From the NCBI GenBank assembly GCA_963663165.1, contig OY760175.1, positions 2,528,001 through 2,592,000 of the forward strand: 64,000 bases of DNA, in the 5' to 3' direction. A program made the position numbers and the translations under genes. The notes under the pieces were generated by a model. It saw only the letters and a program-made list of their open reading frames with translations. It did no database searches and was not told where the DNA came from. Source of the DNA: an uncultured Desulfospira sp. (lineage in GTDB: Bacteria; Desulfobacterota; Desulfobacteria; Desulfobacterales; Desulfobacteraceae). Shown in pieces: positions 1-10,552 of this stretch. The first letter of the stretch is position 1, and each line of letters opens with the position of its first letter.

Positions 1-494
1 GACGCCGGGAACCACCCCAGGTTCAAAGAAAAAACCAGCAGCAGCCCCACTCCTGTGGTAATTTCCGGCATGCCTTCCAGAACGGTCATGCACCCGACCC
101 CGATCTTTTCGATCTTAAGTCCCCGGCGCCATGCGGTTTCCACCCCGGCCGCAAACCCGAAAACCATGGCAAACAGGTGGGCACTGCCCATGAGCAGCAA
201 GGTCCACGGCAGGGACTCCAGGATCAGCTCACTGATGGGGGTCAAAAAGGCATAGGAGTATCCCCAGTTCAGGGTGACCAGATCCTTCACATAGGTGACG
301 AACCCGTCCTGCCGGGCATAATAAGCCTGCATCTCATCGACCTGGGCCTGGGTCAGGGTCACATGGGATGAACCGTACATGGCGGTCACAAAATCCCCGG
401 GCAGCATCCGGGGCAGGCCATAACCGGCAACCACCAGGATCAGGCCTGCCGCAAGGTAAGCCGCCGCTGTTTTTAGAAAACCGCCTTTTGGCAT
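1..494 (-). CDS. ABC transporter permease, DppB/OppB/NikB-like (runs off window edge)
   Basis: Manual translation from the ATG at 494: MPKGGFLKTAAAYLAAGLILVVAGYGLPRMLPGDFVTAMY, with the PRxxPGD motif; directly follows the SBP stop codon. Confidence 0.8.
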   Translation of the reverse strand, partial: MPKGGFLKTAAAYLAAGLILVVAGYGLPRMLPGDFVTAMYGSSHVTLTQAQVDEMQAYYARQDGFVTYVKDLVTLNWGYSYAFLTPISELILESLPWTLLLMGSAHLFAMVFGFAAGVETAWRRGLKIEKIGVGCMTVLEGMPEITTGVGLLLVFSLNLGWFPA

Positions 495-495
495 A

Positions 496-2085
496 TCACT
501 TGATCAGGGACATCTTGTTCTGGGGAATGGGGATGCCTTTGCTGATACCGCCTTTGGTATAGTACCAGGTAATCCCCTTTTCCGGATTGTAAGCCGCCTT
601 TGAATCGGGACTGTAAAGGGAAATGGCCGGCAGGTCTTCTGCGTAAAGTGCCTGGATCTTAAAAACAATGGCCTTTCGTTTATCCGGGTCCATTTCCAGC
701 ATCTGGTCTGCCTGCAACTGTTCCAGTTCAGGGTTGGCATCATAACGGGCGCTGTTGACCGAGCCTGCCCCAAACTTGGAAGAGATCATCTCATTGAGAA
801 TCCGGGCATCCCCGCAGATGCCGCCATGGCCGGATACGGCCAGGTCAAAGTCCCAGTTTTTAACCCGGCTGTCCGTAGTGGCCTGCTCTAAGTTCACCAG
901 ATTGACCTTGATGCCGACGGCTTCCAATTGTTTCTTGATCACTTCGCCGTCCCGGTCCGCCACGGTTTCACCGGCAACGGTGATATTTGAGGAGAGCAGT
1001 TCAATTTCAAGAGGCTTGCCGTCTTTGGCAAAATACCCGTCAGCCCCTTTCTTGAACCCAATTTCCTGAATCAGGGCCGCGGCCTTTTCAGGGTCATATG
1101 AATAGACCGGGGTCTTTGGGTTGTACATCTCATGGTCCTTGCTCAACAGGCCGTAAGAGGCCGGGAAGGCAAATCCCCGGTGGGCCTTGTCAATGATCTC
1201 CTGCTGGCTGACGGCATGGGCCAGGGCATGGCGGAACCCTTTGTCGCTGAACGGAAATTTTTTGTGATTAATCATCAGCTTTTTGTTCCAGCCCCGTTCA
1301 TCGGAAATAATGACCATCCCTTTTTTCTTGAGGGTGTCTGCCATCTCGGGTTTGATGTTGGCCAGGTCAACCTCGCCGTTCATCAGGGAAAGCAAGGGTT
1401 TTTTGGATTTGACATAGATCAGGCGGTCCGCCTTGGGGGCACCCAGGTGGTAATCGGCAAAGGCCTCATACAGGTAAGTCCCCTGGGCTTTATTGAAATC
1501 CTTGAACATATAAGGGCCGCTGCCGATAAAGGCCTTGGGGTCATTGAAGGTTTTGGGATCATCCACGGATTCCCAGATGTGTTTGGGCAGAATGACCATG
1601 GTCCCCCCGATATCGGACAGAAACGGAGAGTAGCCCCTGGAAAGGGTAATGATGACCTTATGGGGGCCGACTGCCTCTGAATGGCTTACGGCATCTACGG
1701 TGATCCATGAGTAGGGATGCTTTTTATAATATTCAAGGCTGAAAACCACATCTTCGGCGGTCAGGGGTTTGCCGTCGTGCCATTTGGCCCTGGGGTCGAG
1801 ATCAAAGGTAAAGGCCATTTTTTCCTGGTCAAAGGACCAGGTCTTGGCCAGACAGGGAATATACCCGTTGGCGTCTTTCCAGATCAGGGAATCAAATACC
1901 AGGCTCATCCGGACGTAACCGGGGCCTCTCGGGTAGTGGCGGTAAGGATTGGGATATCCCCAGTCGCCTTTGCCGTCACCAATCCTGACCTCTGATGAAA
2001 AGGACGGGGTACCGATTCCCGCCCCCAAAATCACCAAACACACCATCAAACACAGCACACTGATCTTGCGAAAAAATGCGTTCAT
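496..2085 (-). CDS. ABC transporter substrate-binding protein, family 5 (peptide/nickel)
   Basis: Signal peptide; KWHDGKPLTAEDVVFS and IGSGPY motifs. Confidence 0.92.
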   Translation of the reverse strand: MNAFFRKISVLCLMVCLVILGAGIGTPSFSSEVRIGDGKGDWGYPNPYRHYPRGPGYVRMSLVFDSLIWKDANGYIPCLAKTWSFDQEKMAFTFDLDPRAKWHDGKPLTAEDVVFSLEYYKKHPYSWITVDAVSHSEAVGPHKVIITLSRGYSPFLSDIGGTMVILPKHIWESVDDPKTFNDPKAFIGSGPYMFKDFNKAQGTYLYEAFADYHLGAPKADRLIYVKSKKPLLSLMNGEVDLANIKPEMADTLKKKGMVIISDERGWNKKLMINHKKFPFSDKGFRHALAHAVSQQEIIDKAHRGFAFPASYGLLSKDHEMYNPKTPVYSYDPEKAAALIQEIGFKKGADGYFAKDGKPLEIELLSSNITVAGETVADRDGEVIKKQLEAVGIKVNLVNLEQATTDSRVKNWDFDLAVSGHGGICGDARILNEMISSKFGAGSVNSARYDANPELEQLQADQMLEMDPDKRKAIVFKIQALYAEDLPAISLYSPDSKAAYNPEKGITWYYTKGGISKGIPIPQNKMSLIK

Positions 2086-2383
2086 ACCATATCACCTTTT
2101 AGTTTTAATTTTTTTTAAAAAATGAATCGGCACCATACCAATACATTTTCCCCGTTCAGGGGCAGACAGCCTTCATGGCGTGTTGATGATAAACTATGGA
2201 CTGGACTTTAAACATTACCGGGCAAGACCTTCGTGATCTTATTGATCCGGTATATAGGCCACAAACCTTGTTTTTGTCAACCAAAGTCGGCATTCCGGCC
2301 AGGGCCGTCATATCTCTCCTGCCTGAAGAGTTTCAGGACTTAGGACTTGGGGGGAAGATTAAGGCTTCAAGGATCTAAATGTA

Positions 2384-2452
2384 TAGACTTTAGACCCAAG
2401 AGCCCTAAAGGTAGCGCAAGTCTAACGTCTGAAGTCTAATGTCTAAAATCTA
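2384..2452. repeat. Inverted heptamer array (TAGACTT / AAGTCTA units)
   Basis: tagactt-tagac, then aagtcta acgtctg aagtcta atgtcta aaatcta. Confidence 0.65.
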
Positions 2453-2462
2453 TTTTAACGGC

Positions 2463-3083
2463 TTACCCCGCAGCCCGGATGCCGGCAAGGGAAAACCGGG
2501 TGATATGGGCGGCCATCCGATTGATCAGGTCCTGGTCCAAGGGGTGGTTTACGAAGTATTCGAGATCCCGGGGATTAATAGACAGCGGAATCCGGCACTG
2601 AATGGCAATGGACAGTTCACAAAAGGCCAGGGTTTCTGCATCCGGGTTAAAGCCCATAATGCGGCGGATAATCTCCTGCAGCTGGGAGCGCCTTGGCTTA
2701 ACCAGATCATACCAGGCCTCCCGGATCAGCCCGGTGGGATTGCTCAGTTCCATCATGTAAAGCCGGGTAAAATACCCTTTCTCCCCGGGGTCAAAACAAT
2801 TTTCCACCAGGTCCCGGATATAGGTTTCCAGCTGTTTTTCAGGGGATTCATTTTCCCGGTCAGCGGACACCGGGCGGCCAAACTTTTCTACGGCATACTG
2901 CCAGCATTCTGAATAAAGTTTGGATTTTCCGTCAAAATAATAATTAACCGATGCCCGGTTGGCACCGGCCTGCTCGCAGATTTCCCCCACCGTGGTCTTC
3001 TGGTATCCCTTTTGGGCAAACAACCGGCAGGCCGATTCCAACAGCCTGTTCCGGGTCTCTTTTCCGTCTTCCCTCTTGGTCAC
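2463..3083 (-). CDS. TetR/CecR-like transcriptional regulator
   Basis: N-terminal TetR HTH (FAQKGYQKTTVGEICEQAGANRASVNYYF); divergent from the RND operon. Confidence 0.9.
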   Translation of the reverse strand: MTKREDGKETRNRLLESACRLFAQKGYQKTTVGEICEQAGANRASVNYYFDGKSKLYSECWQYAVEKFGRPVSADRENESPEKQLETYIRDLVENCFDPGEKGYFTRLYMMELSNPTGLIREAWYDLVKPRRSQLQEIIRRIMGFNPDAETLAFCELSIAIQCRIPLSINPRDLEYFVNHPLDQDLINRMAAHITRFSLAGIRAAG

Positions 3084-3161
3084 GCACCGCCTCCAAAACC
3101 CTTTGATAAAGAAGTATTTGACAACATTTATACTTCCCTATAGACTATCTCAAACTTTTAT

Positions 3162-3179
3162 TTTAAACAAGCGTTTAAA
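3162..3179. promoter_or_regulatory. Putative TetR operator palindrome TTTAAAC-N4-GTTTAAA
   Basis: Perfect 7-bp inverted repeat between the divergent tetR and acrA-like genes. Confidence 0.6.
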
Positions 3180-3197
3180 TTTCTCATGGGAGGAAAA

Positions 3198-4547
3198 ATG
3201 AGAGGAAAAACGACCTTAACCTGTTCTCTTAAACTTGGCCTGTTTGTGCCGGCCGCAATATTTCTTTGCCTGATGATGGCCGGATGTGAAAAGTCCCAGC
3301 AGCAGTCGTCTCAGGCGCCGGCAGCAGGTCCCCCTCCCAGAGTGGCCGTTGCAACGGTCACCCCCGAAAAGCTGATGCTGACCACAGAACTGCCGGGAAG
3401 GACCACCGCCTGCCGGGTGGCCCAGATCAGGCCCCAGGTCAGCGGCCTGATCCAGAAGCGGCTCTTTACTGAAGGCGCAAGGGTTGAGGCAGGCCAGGTG
3501 CTTTACCAGATTGACCCGGCCACTTTTGAGGCGGCGGTGGACAATGCCATGGCCAATTGTGCTGCGGCAAAAGGGGCGGCAGCCCGGGCAAAGGCAGCAC
3601 TCCAGGCCAGCATTTCCGACAAAGAGCGGATTGCTGCCACCCTGAACTTGTCCCAGATCAACCGGAAACGGTATGAAACCCTGTTTGAGAAAAAAGTTGT
3701 GTCAGCCATTCAACGGGACCAGGCCGTAACCGAGGCCAAGGCGGCCACCGCCTCCCTTGAAGCAGCCAAAGCCATGGTGGAATCAAACCGCCAGGCCGTT
3801 GATACTGCCCAGGCCACCATCCAACAGGCCCAGGCCCTCCTCAAAACCGCCCGGATCAACCTGTCCTACACCCGGATCACCGCCCCCATTCCCGGCCGGA
3901 TCGGACGGTCTGCCGTAACCGAAGGGGCCATTGTCACGGCTTACCAGCCCCTGGCCCTGACCACCATTCACCAGATGGACCCTATGTTCGTGGATGTGCC
4001 CCAGTCCACCACGGAACTGCACCGCCTAAGGCAGAAGCTCAAACAGGGCAGCATCAATCAAAACGGTTCCACACAGAACCAAGTTAGGCTTATCCTTGAA
4101 GATGAAACCGCCTATCCCCTGGAAGGAACCCTGGAATTCCAGGACATTACCGTGGAGCAGTCCACGGGCTCGATCATTTTACGGGCCGTGTTTCCCAATC
4201 CGGACCAGATTCTTCTCCCGGGCATGTTTGTCCGGGCCGTTATCAACGAGGGCACCCGAAATGAAGCCATCCTCATCCCCCAGCAGGCGGTGTCAAGGGA
4301 CACCAAAGGCAACCCCATTGTCCTGACCGTCACCCCGGATAATAAGGTTGGGCGCAAAACCGTTGCCATTGACCGGGCCGTCAACAACCAGTGGCTGGTA
4401 TCCTCCGGACTGTCGGCCGGAGAACGGCTGATCGTGGAAGGCTCCCAGCGGGTAAGGCCCGGGGCCACGGTCCAGGCCGTTCCTTTTGAAGATAAGCCTG
4501 CCGATCCCAACAAACCCGGCGCGGCCAAATCTGACGGAGGCCACTGA
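3198..4547 (+). CDS. RND efflux periplasmic adaptor (AcrA/MexA-like) lipoprotein
   Basis: Lipobox-like MAGC; IRPQVSG and ITAPIPGRIG motifs; ATG at 3198 follows GGAGGA. Confidence 0.93.
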   Translation: MRGKTTLTCSLKLGLFVPAAIFLCLMMAGCEKSQQQSSQAPAAGPPPRVAVATVTPEKLMLTTELPGRTTACRVAQIRPQVSGLIQKRLFTEGARVEAGQVLYQIDPATFEAAVDNAMANCAAAKGAAARAKAALQASISDKERIAATLNLSQINRKRYETLFEKKVVSAIQRDQAVTEAKAATASLEAAKAMVESNRQAVDTAQATIQQAQALLKTARINLSYTRITAPIPGRIGRSAVTEGAIVTAYQPLALTTIHQMDPMFVDVPQSTTELHRLRQKLKQGSINQNGSTQNQVRLILEDETAYPLEGTLEFQDITVEQSTGSIILRAVFPNPDQILLPGMFVRAVINEGTRNEAILIPQQAVSRDTKGNPIVLTVTPDNKVGRKTVAIDRAVNNQWLVSSGLSAGERLIVEGSQRVRPGATVQAVPFEDKPADPNKPGAAKSDGGH

Positions 4548-7500
4548 TGCTGTCAAAATTTTTCCTGGACCGGCCGGTATTTGCCTGGGTGATTGCCATT
4601 GTCATGATGGCGGCAGGCGGTCTTGCCATCTATAACCTGCCCATTTCCCAGTATCCGCCCATTGCCCCGCCCTCCATCTCCATTGAATCTTATTTCCCCG
4701 GGGCTTCGGCAGAAACCGTTGAAAACACGGTCACCCAGATCATTGAACAGAAGATGACCGGGCTTTCCGACATGATCTATCTGTCCGGCACCAGTTCCTC
4801 TTCCGGCCAGTCCCGCATCGAGCTGACCTTTGCCCCGGGAACCGACCCGGATCTGGCCTGGGCTAAGGTCCAGAACAAGCTTCAGCTGGCCATGGCCAGC
4901 CTTCCCGACGCGGTACAGCGCCAGGGTGTGACCGTGAACAAGTCCACCCGGAACTACCTGATCATCTTCAGCCTGATTTCCGAAGACGGATCCATGGACG
5001 GTACGGACTTAAGGGACTATGCCCAGTCCAACCTTGAAAAGATCCTTTCCCGGGTCCCGGGCGTAGGCGAGGTCAACAATTTCGGATCTCAGTACGCCAT
5101 GCGGGTCTGGGTCAATCCGGACAAGCTGACCAGCTACAACCTGACCATTGCCGATGTCATTGCCGCGCTAAAAATCTACAATGTGGAGGTATCGGCCGGG
5201 CAGTTCGGCGGGACCCCGGCCGTTGACGGGCAGCGGCTCAATGCGGCCATCATTGTCCAGCATTTGCTGCAGACCCCCAAAGAATTTTCAAACATTCCCA
5301 TCAGGACCAACCCGGACGGGTCCGTGATCCGGATCAGGGATATCGGCCGGACTGAGCTTGGGACGGAACGGTACGACATCCTGGCCGAATATAACGGCAA
5401 ATCAGCCGCTGCCATGGCGGTCCGGCAGGCCGCCGGCGCCAATGCCCTGAAAACAGCCAATGCCGTCCGACAAAAATTGGAAGAAATGGCCCCCTATTTT
5501 CCCCCGGGGATCAAGGTAGTATACCCCTATGATACCACCCCCTTTACCCGGGTGGCCATTCAGGAGGTGATCAAAACCCTTTTTGAGGCGGTGCTGCTGG
5601 TTTTTATCATCATGTACATCTTCATGGGCACCTTCAGGGCCACGTTGATCCCCACCATTGCCGTGCCGGTGGTTCTTTTGGGCACTTTTGCCGTCTTAGG
5701 GCTTTTCGGGTTTTCCATCAACATGCTGACCATGTTTGCCATGGTGCTGGCCATCGGGCTTCTGGTGGATGACGCCATCGTGGTGGTGGAAAACGTAGAG
5801 CGGATCATGGCCGAAGAGGGCTTAAGCCCCCGGGAGGCCACGGCAAAGTCCATGGACGAAATCACCAGCGCCCTGATCGGCATCGGCCTGGTCCTTTCCG
5901 CCGTATTCGGCCCCATGGCCTTTTTTCCGGGCTCCACCGGCATCATCTACCGGCAGTTTTCCGTCACCGTGATCGCCTCCATGCTCCTGTCCGTGGTGGT
6001 GGCCCTGATCCTGACCCCGGTATTGTGCGCTTCATTTTTAAAACAGGTGCCGGCAGGCCATGAGCCGGCCGACAGTGCCGTGTTTTTCCTTCGTCCCTTT
6101 TTCAGGTGGTTTGACCGGGCCTTTAACGGGTTCAGGGGGCTTTATCTCCGGCTGGTGGGCCGGATCCTGGGCCGGCGCCTCAGATACCTTTTTTTGTTTG
6201 TCCTGATTGTCTGCGCCATGGGCTACCTGTTCCGGGGATTGCCCACCTCCTACCTGCCCGACGAAGACCAGGGCATCCTGTTTGTCCAGGCCATTCTGCC
6301 CACGGGTTCAAGCCTGGAACAGACTCAGACAGTGATCAACAAGGTCAGGGACCACTTTCTGACCAACGAAAAAGAGAGTGTTGAATCCATCATGACCATT
6401 GCCGGGTTCAGCTTTTCAGGCCAGGGCCAGAACATGGCCTTAGGGTTTGTCAAACTCAGGGACTGGGACCTTCGCCATCGGCCGGACCTGAAGGTCAGGG
6501 CTGTGGCCGGCCGGGCCATGGGCGTTTTTTCACAGTTTGACGAAGCCATGGTATTTGCCTTTCCGCCTCCTGCGGTAATGGAGTTGGGCAACGCCACCGG
6601 GTTTGACTTCCAGCTCCAGGATCGGGGCGGTATGGGCCATGAAGGGCTTATGGCGGCCCGGAATCAGCTTCTGGGCATGGCCGCCCAGGACCCGCGGCTG
6701 GTCAGGGTAAGGCCCAACGGCATGTCCGACGTCCCGGAATATCACATCGACGTGGACTGGGATAAGGCAGGCTCCTTAGGGCTGTCGGTCAGCGATATCA
6801 ACACCACCATTTCAGCGGCCTTTGGCGGCTCCTATGTCAATGATTTTATCCAGTCCGGACGGGTCAAGCGGGTGTTTGTCCAGTCCGATGCCCCCTTCAG
6901 AATGCTTCCCGAAGACTTGAAAAAGCTGTACGTTAGGAACCGGGAAGGGAAAATGGTACCCTTTGCCTCCTTTGCCTCGGGAAAATGGGCCATGGGATCG
7001 CCGAAACTGGAACGGTTCAATGCCTTTCCCTCCATCAACATCTGGGGGGAGCCGGCACCGGGAAAAAGCTCGGGCGATGCCATGACGGCCATGGAGGAAC
7101 TGTCGGCAAAACTGCCCCGGGGCATCGGGTTTGACTGGACCGGCCTGTCTTACCAGGAGCGGATGGCAGGCTCCCAGGCCCCCCTGCTCTATGCGTTTTC
7201 CGTATTTGTCATTTTCCTTTGCCTGGCCGCCCTTTACGAAAGCTGGCCCATTCCCATCTCCATTCTCATGTGTCTTCCCCTCGGGGCCATTGGCGGGGTT
7301 ATTGCCGCCGGTTTAAAGGGGATGCCCAATGACGTCTACTTTCAGATCGGCATGCTCACCACCCTGGGGCTTACCACCAAAAACGCCATCCTCATTGTCC
7401 AGTTTGCCCGGGCCAGGGTGGATGAAGGTGTCGGGCTCATTGAGGCCACCTTAGAAGCCTCCAAGCTCAGGCTGCGCCCCATTATCATGACCTCTCTTGC

Positions 7501-7681
7501 CTTTGGATTCGGCATCCTGCCCCTGTATCTGGCTTCCGGGGCCGGTTCCGGTGCCCAGCGGGCCATCGGAACCAGCGTCCTTGGGGGAATGATCACATCC
7601 ACGCTGCTGGTCATCTTGTTTGCGCCCCTGTTCTACGTGATTATCTACAAGCTGTTCGGCAAACACCGAAAACGGGTATAG
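4547..7681 (+). CDS. acrB: RND multidrug efflux permease (HAE1, AcrB-like)
   Basis: 1044 aa; FFLDRPVFAWVIAI, GLLVDDAIVVVENVER and RLRPIIMTSLAF motifs. Confidence 0.95.
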   Translation: MLSKFFLDRPVFAWVIAIVMMAAGGLAIYNLPISQYPPIAPPSISIESYFPGASAETVENTVTQIIEQKMTGLSDMIYLSGTSSSSGQSRIELTFAPGTDPDLAWAKVQNKLQLAMASLPDAVQRQGVTVNKSTRNYLIIFSLISEDGSMDGTDLRDYAQSNLEKILSRVPGVGEVNNFGSQYAMRVWVNPDKLTSYNLTIADVIAALKIYNVEVSAGQFGGTPAVDGQRLNAAIIVQHLLQTPKEFSNIPIRTNPDGSVIRIRDIGRTELGTERYDILAEYNGKSAAAMAVRQAAGANALKTANAVRQKLEEMAPYFPPGIKVVYPYDTTPFTRVAIQEVIKTLFEAVLLVFIIMYIFMGTFRATLIPTIAVPVVLLGTFAVLGLFGFSINMLTMFAMVLAIGLLVDDAIVVVENVERIMAEEGLSPREATAKSMDEITSALIGIGLVLSAVFGPMAFFPGSTGIIYRQFSVTVIASMLLSVVVALILTPVLCASFLKQVPAGHEPADSAVFFLRPFFRWFDRAFNGFRGLYLRLVGRILGRRLRYLFLFVLIVCAMGYLFRGLPTSYLPDEDQGILFVQAILPTGSSLEQTQTVINKVRDHFLTNEKESVESIMTIAGFSFSGQGQNMALGFVKLRDWDLRHRPDLKVRAVAGRAMGVFSQFDEAMVFAFPPPAVMELGNATGFDFQLQDRGGMGHEGLMAARNQLLGMAAQDPRLVRVRPNGMSDVPEYHIDVDWDKAGSLGLSVSDINTTISAAFGGSYVNDFIQSGRVKRVFVQSDAPFRMLPEDLKKLYVRNREGKMVPFASFASGKWAMGSPKLERFNAFPSINIWGEPAPGKSSGDAMTAMEELSAKLPRGIGFDWTGLSYQERMAGSQAPLLYAFSVFVIFLCLAALYESWPIPISILMCLPLGAIGGVIAAGLKGMPNDVYFQIGMLTTLGLTTKNAILIVQFARARVDEGVGLIEATLEASKLRLRPIIMTSLAFGFGILPLYLASGAGSGAQRAIGTSVLGGMITSTLLVILFAPLFYVIIYKLFGKHRKRV

Positions 7682-7732
7682 GGAGGGTAACCGTTTAACC
7701 GTTCGTCATTCATTTTTGAAAGGGGGAACCAA

Positions 7733-8452
7733 ATGTGGGAAACCACAAAGCACAACGCCGCCATTCTCGGCCTGTTTATCTGCATAGGCCTGAGTGCCTT
7801 AGGCTGGTTGCTGGGCAATGCCGCCCTTAAATTCAAAGCCTTTGAGCGGACCGTCACGGCCAAAGGGTTATCAGAGCATGAATACCCGGCCGATATGGTC
7901 ATCTGGCCGATTCAGTTTAATGTGGCGGGCAACGATCTCACCGCTTTATACAATGCCCTGGAATCCAACGCCCTGGCCATCAAAGACTTTTTGATAAAAA
8001 ACGATATTCCGTCCGATGAAATTACTTTTTCTTCACCGGCCATCACGGATAAATCCGCCCTGAATTACGGCACCGCATCAAGCCCGGATTTTCGCTATTC
8101 GGCTTTCCAGGCGGTCACGGTCTATTCTAAAAACGTTGAAAAGGTCCGCAAGCTCATGAGCAGCCTGTCCGAACTTGGGAAAAAAGGAATTGCCTTTACC
8201 GGCAACAACTATGAGGCCCAGACGGAGTATCTTTTCACCAGATTAAATGAAGTCAAACCCCAAATGATTGAAGAAGCCACCCGAAAGGCCAGGGAGGCGG
8301 CCCAAAAATTTGCAGCAGATTCCAACAGCCGGCTCGGCAAAATTAAAACTGCATCCCAGGGCCAGTTCAGCATCAAATCAAGGGATAAAAACAACCCGCA
8401 CATTAAAAAAGTCCGGGTTGTCTGTACCGTTGTTTACTATTTATCTGATTAG
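7733..8452 (+). CDS. SIMPL (DUF541) domain protein
   Basis: ERTVTAKGLSE...KKVRVV pattern; N-terminal membrane anchor. Confidence 0.8.
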   Translation: MWETTKHNAAILGLFICIGLSALGWLLGNAALKFKAFERTVTAKGLSEHEYPADMVIWPIQFNVAGNDLTALYNALESNALAIKDFLIKNDIPSDEITFSSPAITDKSALNYGTASSPDFRYSAFQAVTVYSKNVEKVRKLMSSLSELGKKGIAFTGNNYEAQTEYLFTRLNEVKPQMIEEATRKAREAAQKFAADSNSRLGKIKTASQGQFSIKSRDKNNPHIKKVRVVCTVVYYLSD

Positions 8453-8757
8453 CCTGGTAAAGACGGACCACGGTTTCTGCTCATTTTTCAGCATTAGCGG
8501 AAAGAAAAGTCCGTGAAAAACAGATCAGGTTTCTCCAAGTAAAAACACTTGGGCCATCTCATCCTGATTTGAACTATCGAAGTACCCGCAAGTTTTATTT
8601 GGCTCAGGGTTTTTTACCTTTGGAAGAAAATTCTCTTTGGGGTAAAGTTACCCCCTGCCTTATAATGATAAAGGCTTTTAACAAATAGCAGCTAAACAAT
8701 TCGCTGCTGACTGCCCCGGTTGGCTGAAATTGTCCTTCGACCTTAAAAAGGAACCCG

Positions 8758-9345
8758 ATGATAACCGTTAGACCTGAAATGAATAAAGACACAGCAGACC
8801 TGCAAAATGTTATAGATTCTGCTGTTGCAACACTCCGGCAAACTTATCGGCCCACCCAGAGGGCGATTGACAATAAGACTCAAAAAACCCTAAACTGCCA
8901 AAGGCTCGTTGCCACAATTGAGGACCAGGTTGTCGGATCAGTCCAATATTTTTTAGATCCCCCCTGTGTCGGTGTTATCGGCCTTGACGTTCATACAGAT
9001 TACCGGAAAAAAGGGGTTGCCCGCAGTTTAATCTCCCGCATCAAAGAAATCGGTATGAGCAAAAAGGCCATTGGGATTAAATTGCACACCATTAAAGAAA
9101 CCGGAAATATACGAATATTCAAACGCCTTGGATTTAAAGTTGTTTCGGAACGAATAGATGGTTTATTTGAAAGTGACCGGTTCGATACGCTGACCGATGT
9201 TGAGATGGTCATGGCGTTAACGGTTAATAAGCCCGTGGATCAAGTGACGGGCCGCCGCAATTCCGGGGACACGAAACAAAAATACTTACAATTAAGCAAA
9301 GTCCCCCGAATTACATGCAGACCCGTCGACCTGGGGGGGGCCTAA
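8758..9345 (+). CDS. GNAT N-acetyltransferase; C-terminus reads through a repeat
   Basis: VHTDYRKKGVARSL acetyl-CoA motif and FKRLGF; the last ~35 codons span the 54-bp palindrome. Confidence 0.85.
   Translation: MITVRPEMNKDTADLQNVIDSAVATLRQTYRPTQRAIDNKTQKTLNCQRLVATIEDQVVGSVQYFLDPPCVGVIGLDVHTDYRKKGVARSLISRIKEIGMSKKAIGIKLHTIKETGNIRIFKRLGFKVVSERIDGLFESDRFDTLTDVEMVMALTVNKPVDQVTGRRNSGDTKQKYLQLSKVPRITCRPVDLGGA
9259..9312. repeat. 54-bp imperfect palindromic REP-like element, copy 1
   Basis: AATTCCGGGGACACGAAACAAAAATACTTACAATTAAGCAAAGTCCCCCGAATT; near-identical copies at 11889 and 13510. Confidence 0.85.
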
Positions 9346-9383
9346 CGACTTTTTGAAACACCCTGGTTTATAAAAGGATTTGG

Positions 9384-9436
9384 CTTTTACAACGCGCTCG
9401 GACGCTTGCACCGGTCGGTTGAGCCACCCGTTATAC
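9384..9436 (+). other. Degenerate integron attC-like site
   Basis: CTTTTAC-AACGC-GCTCGGACGC...GGTTGAG-CCACCC-GTTATAC fits R''-5nt-L''...L'-6nt-R' spacing, with decay. Confidence 0.5.
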
Positions 9437-9453
9437 AAAACAGAAAACGACCA

Positions 9454-9993
9454 TTGAATACACAAAATTCTCATATAAAATTCTCCGCAACATTGGGGTC
9501 GACAGAGAAAATTATTACATATGCTGTTGGCATAGGGGTTGGGGTTGGGGTTCCATTAATACTTGCTATTATTTTTTATCTTATTTTGGGGGAACCTTAT
9601 ATTCTGCTATTACCAATGCCGTTTCTGATCGCAATTTCAATAAGTTATTTTTATTCTCCCAAAGGGTATTTCATTAAAGGCAACAAAATCCATATTCACA
9701 GAAAAATTGGCAATACAAAAGGTCTTCCAATAAATCAAATTCAAAGCATAATTTATCCAGCAACATACCCTTCAGGATTTACTGCGGGATTGTTATGTGT
9801 AGCAGGAATATTTGGAGCATTCGGCGTATTATGGAATAAATCTTGGGGTGTTTTTCAAATGTATGTTACGAACAATTCAAACAGAGTGGAGTTACTTACT
9901 AAAAAAGGAACTCACATAATTTTATCTCCAGATGACCCACAAGGATTTATATCAGAGATAAACAAAAGACTCGACGGAATTAATAATATATAA
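9454..9993 (+). CDS. Membrane protein with a bacterial PH-like domain
   Basis: Two TM segments; GIFGAFG and IILSPDDPQGF motifs; AT-rich; in-frame TTG start just after the attC-like site. Confidence 0.65.
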   Translation: MNTQNSHIKFSATLGSTEKIITYAVGIGVGVGVPLILAIIFYLILGEPYILLLPMPFLIAISISYFYSPKGYFIKGNKIHIHRKIGNTKGLPINQIQSIIYPATYPSGFTAGLLCVAGIFGAFGVLWNKSWGVFQMYVTNNSNRVELLTKKGTHIILSPDDPQGFISEINKRLDGINNI

Positions 9994-10030
9994 TCCCCCA
10001 TCAACCCCTTTAAAGAATATTGGAGACTGT

Positions 10031-10477
10031 ATGAAAGAAACAAACAAGATTGGGATCATTATTTGTGACCGTTATCGGAGATGTGCCGGAGGAAAATGTT
10101 TCAGGTCACTTAAGAATCGGGAGGGGGCGTTCAGCAGATACAAGGATATGGAAGTTGAGGTTGTTGGCTACACCAGCTGCGACGGATGCCCGGGGGGCAA
10201 CATCGAGTATGCCGTGGATGAAATGAAAGCAAACGGAGCGCAGATAATTCATCTGGCAACCGGTTTGATTGTCGGATATCCGCCATGTCCCCATATCGTC
10301 TATTTTCATGACTATATTAAAATGAAATACGGCCTTGAAGTTGTATACGGCACCCACCCTATACCGGAAAAATATCTGAAGATGCATGAAAAACTTAAAA
10401 CGTGGAACGATAATGAATGGCAGGAAATCATTGGTTTAACAATGAATGATGAAAAAATGCGCTTGGCCTATAACTGA
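10031..10477 (+). CDS. CGGC-domain putative metal-binding protein
   Basis: CAGGKC, SCDGCPG, PPCP and YGTH motifs. Confidence 0.85.
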   Translation: MKETNKIGIIICDRYRRCAGGKCFRSLKNREGAFSRYKDMEVEVVGYTSCDGCPGGNIEYAVDEMKANGAQIIHLATGLIVGYPPCPHIVYFHDYIKMKYGLEVVYGTHPIPEKYLKMHEKLKTWNDNEWQEIIGLTMNDEKMRLAYN

Positions 10478-10483
10478 GAGACC

Positions 10484-10536
10484 AGTTCCGGAAAAACAAA
10501 AATATTCGTAATTGAGTAAAGATACTCCCCTGAATT
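10484..10536. repeat. Degenerate copy of the 54-bp REP-like element
   Basis: AGTTCCGG..AAACAAAAATATTCGTAATTGAGTAAAG..CCCCTGAATT just after the CGGC stop. Confidence 0.6.
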
Positions 10537-10552
10537 GCCGGCGGCCCGTTTG

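Noticed and set aside
2090..2330. Cobalamin or other riboswitch upstream of the ABC operon
   Set aside because: Conserved B12-box and GCCACTG elements were not found by eye
3198..7681. RND operon lacking an outer-membrane channel gene
   Set aside because: A common arrangement; TolC-like genes are often encoded elsewhere
7701..8468. GTTCGTC / GACGGAC pair as cassette borders of the SIMPL gene
   Set aside because: Only 6/7 complementary, non-canonical, and without convincing L boxes
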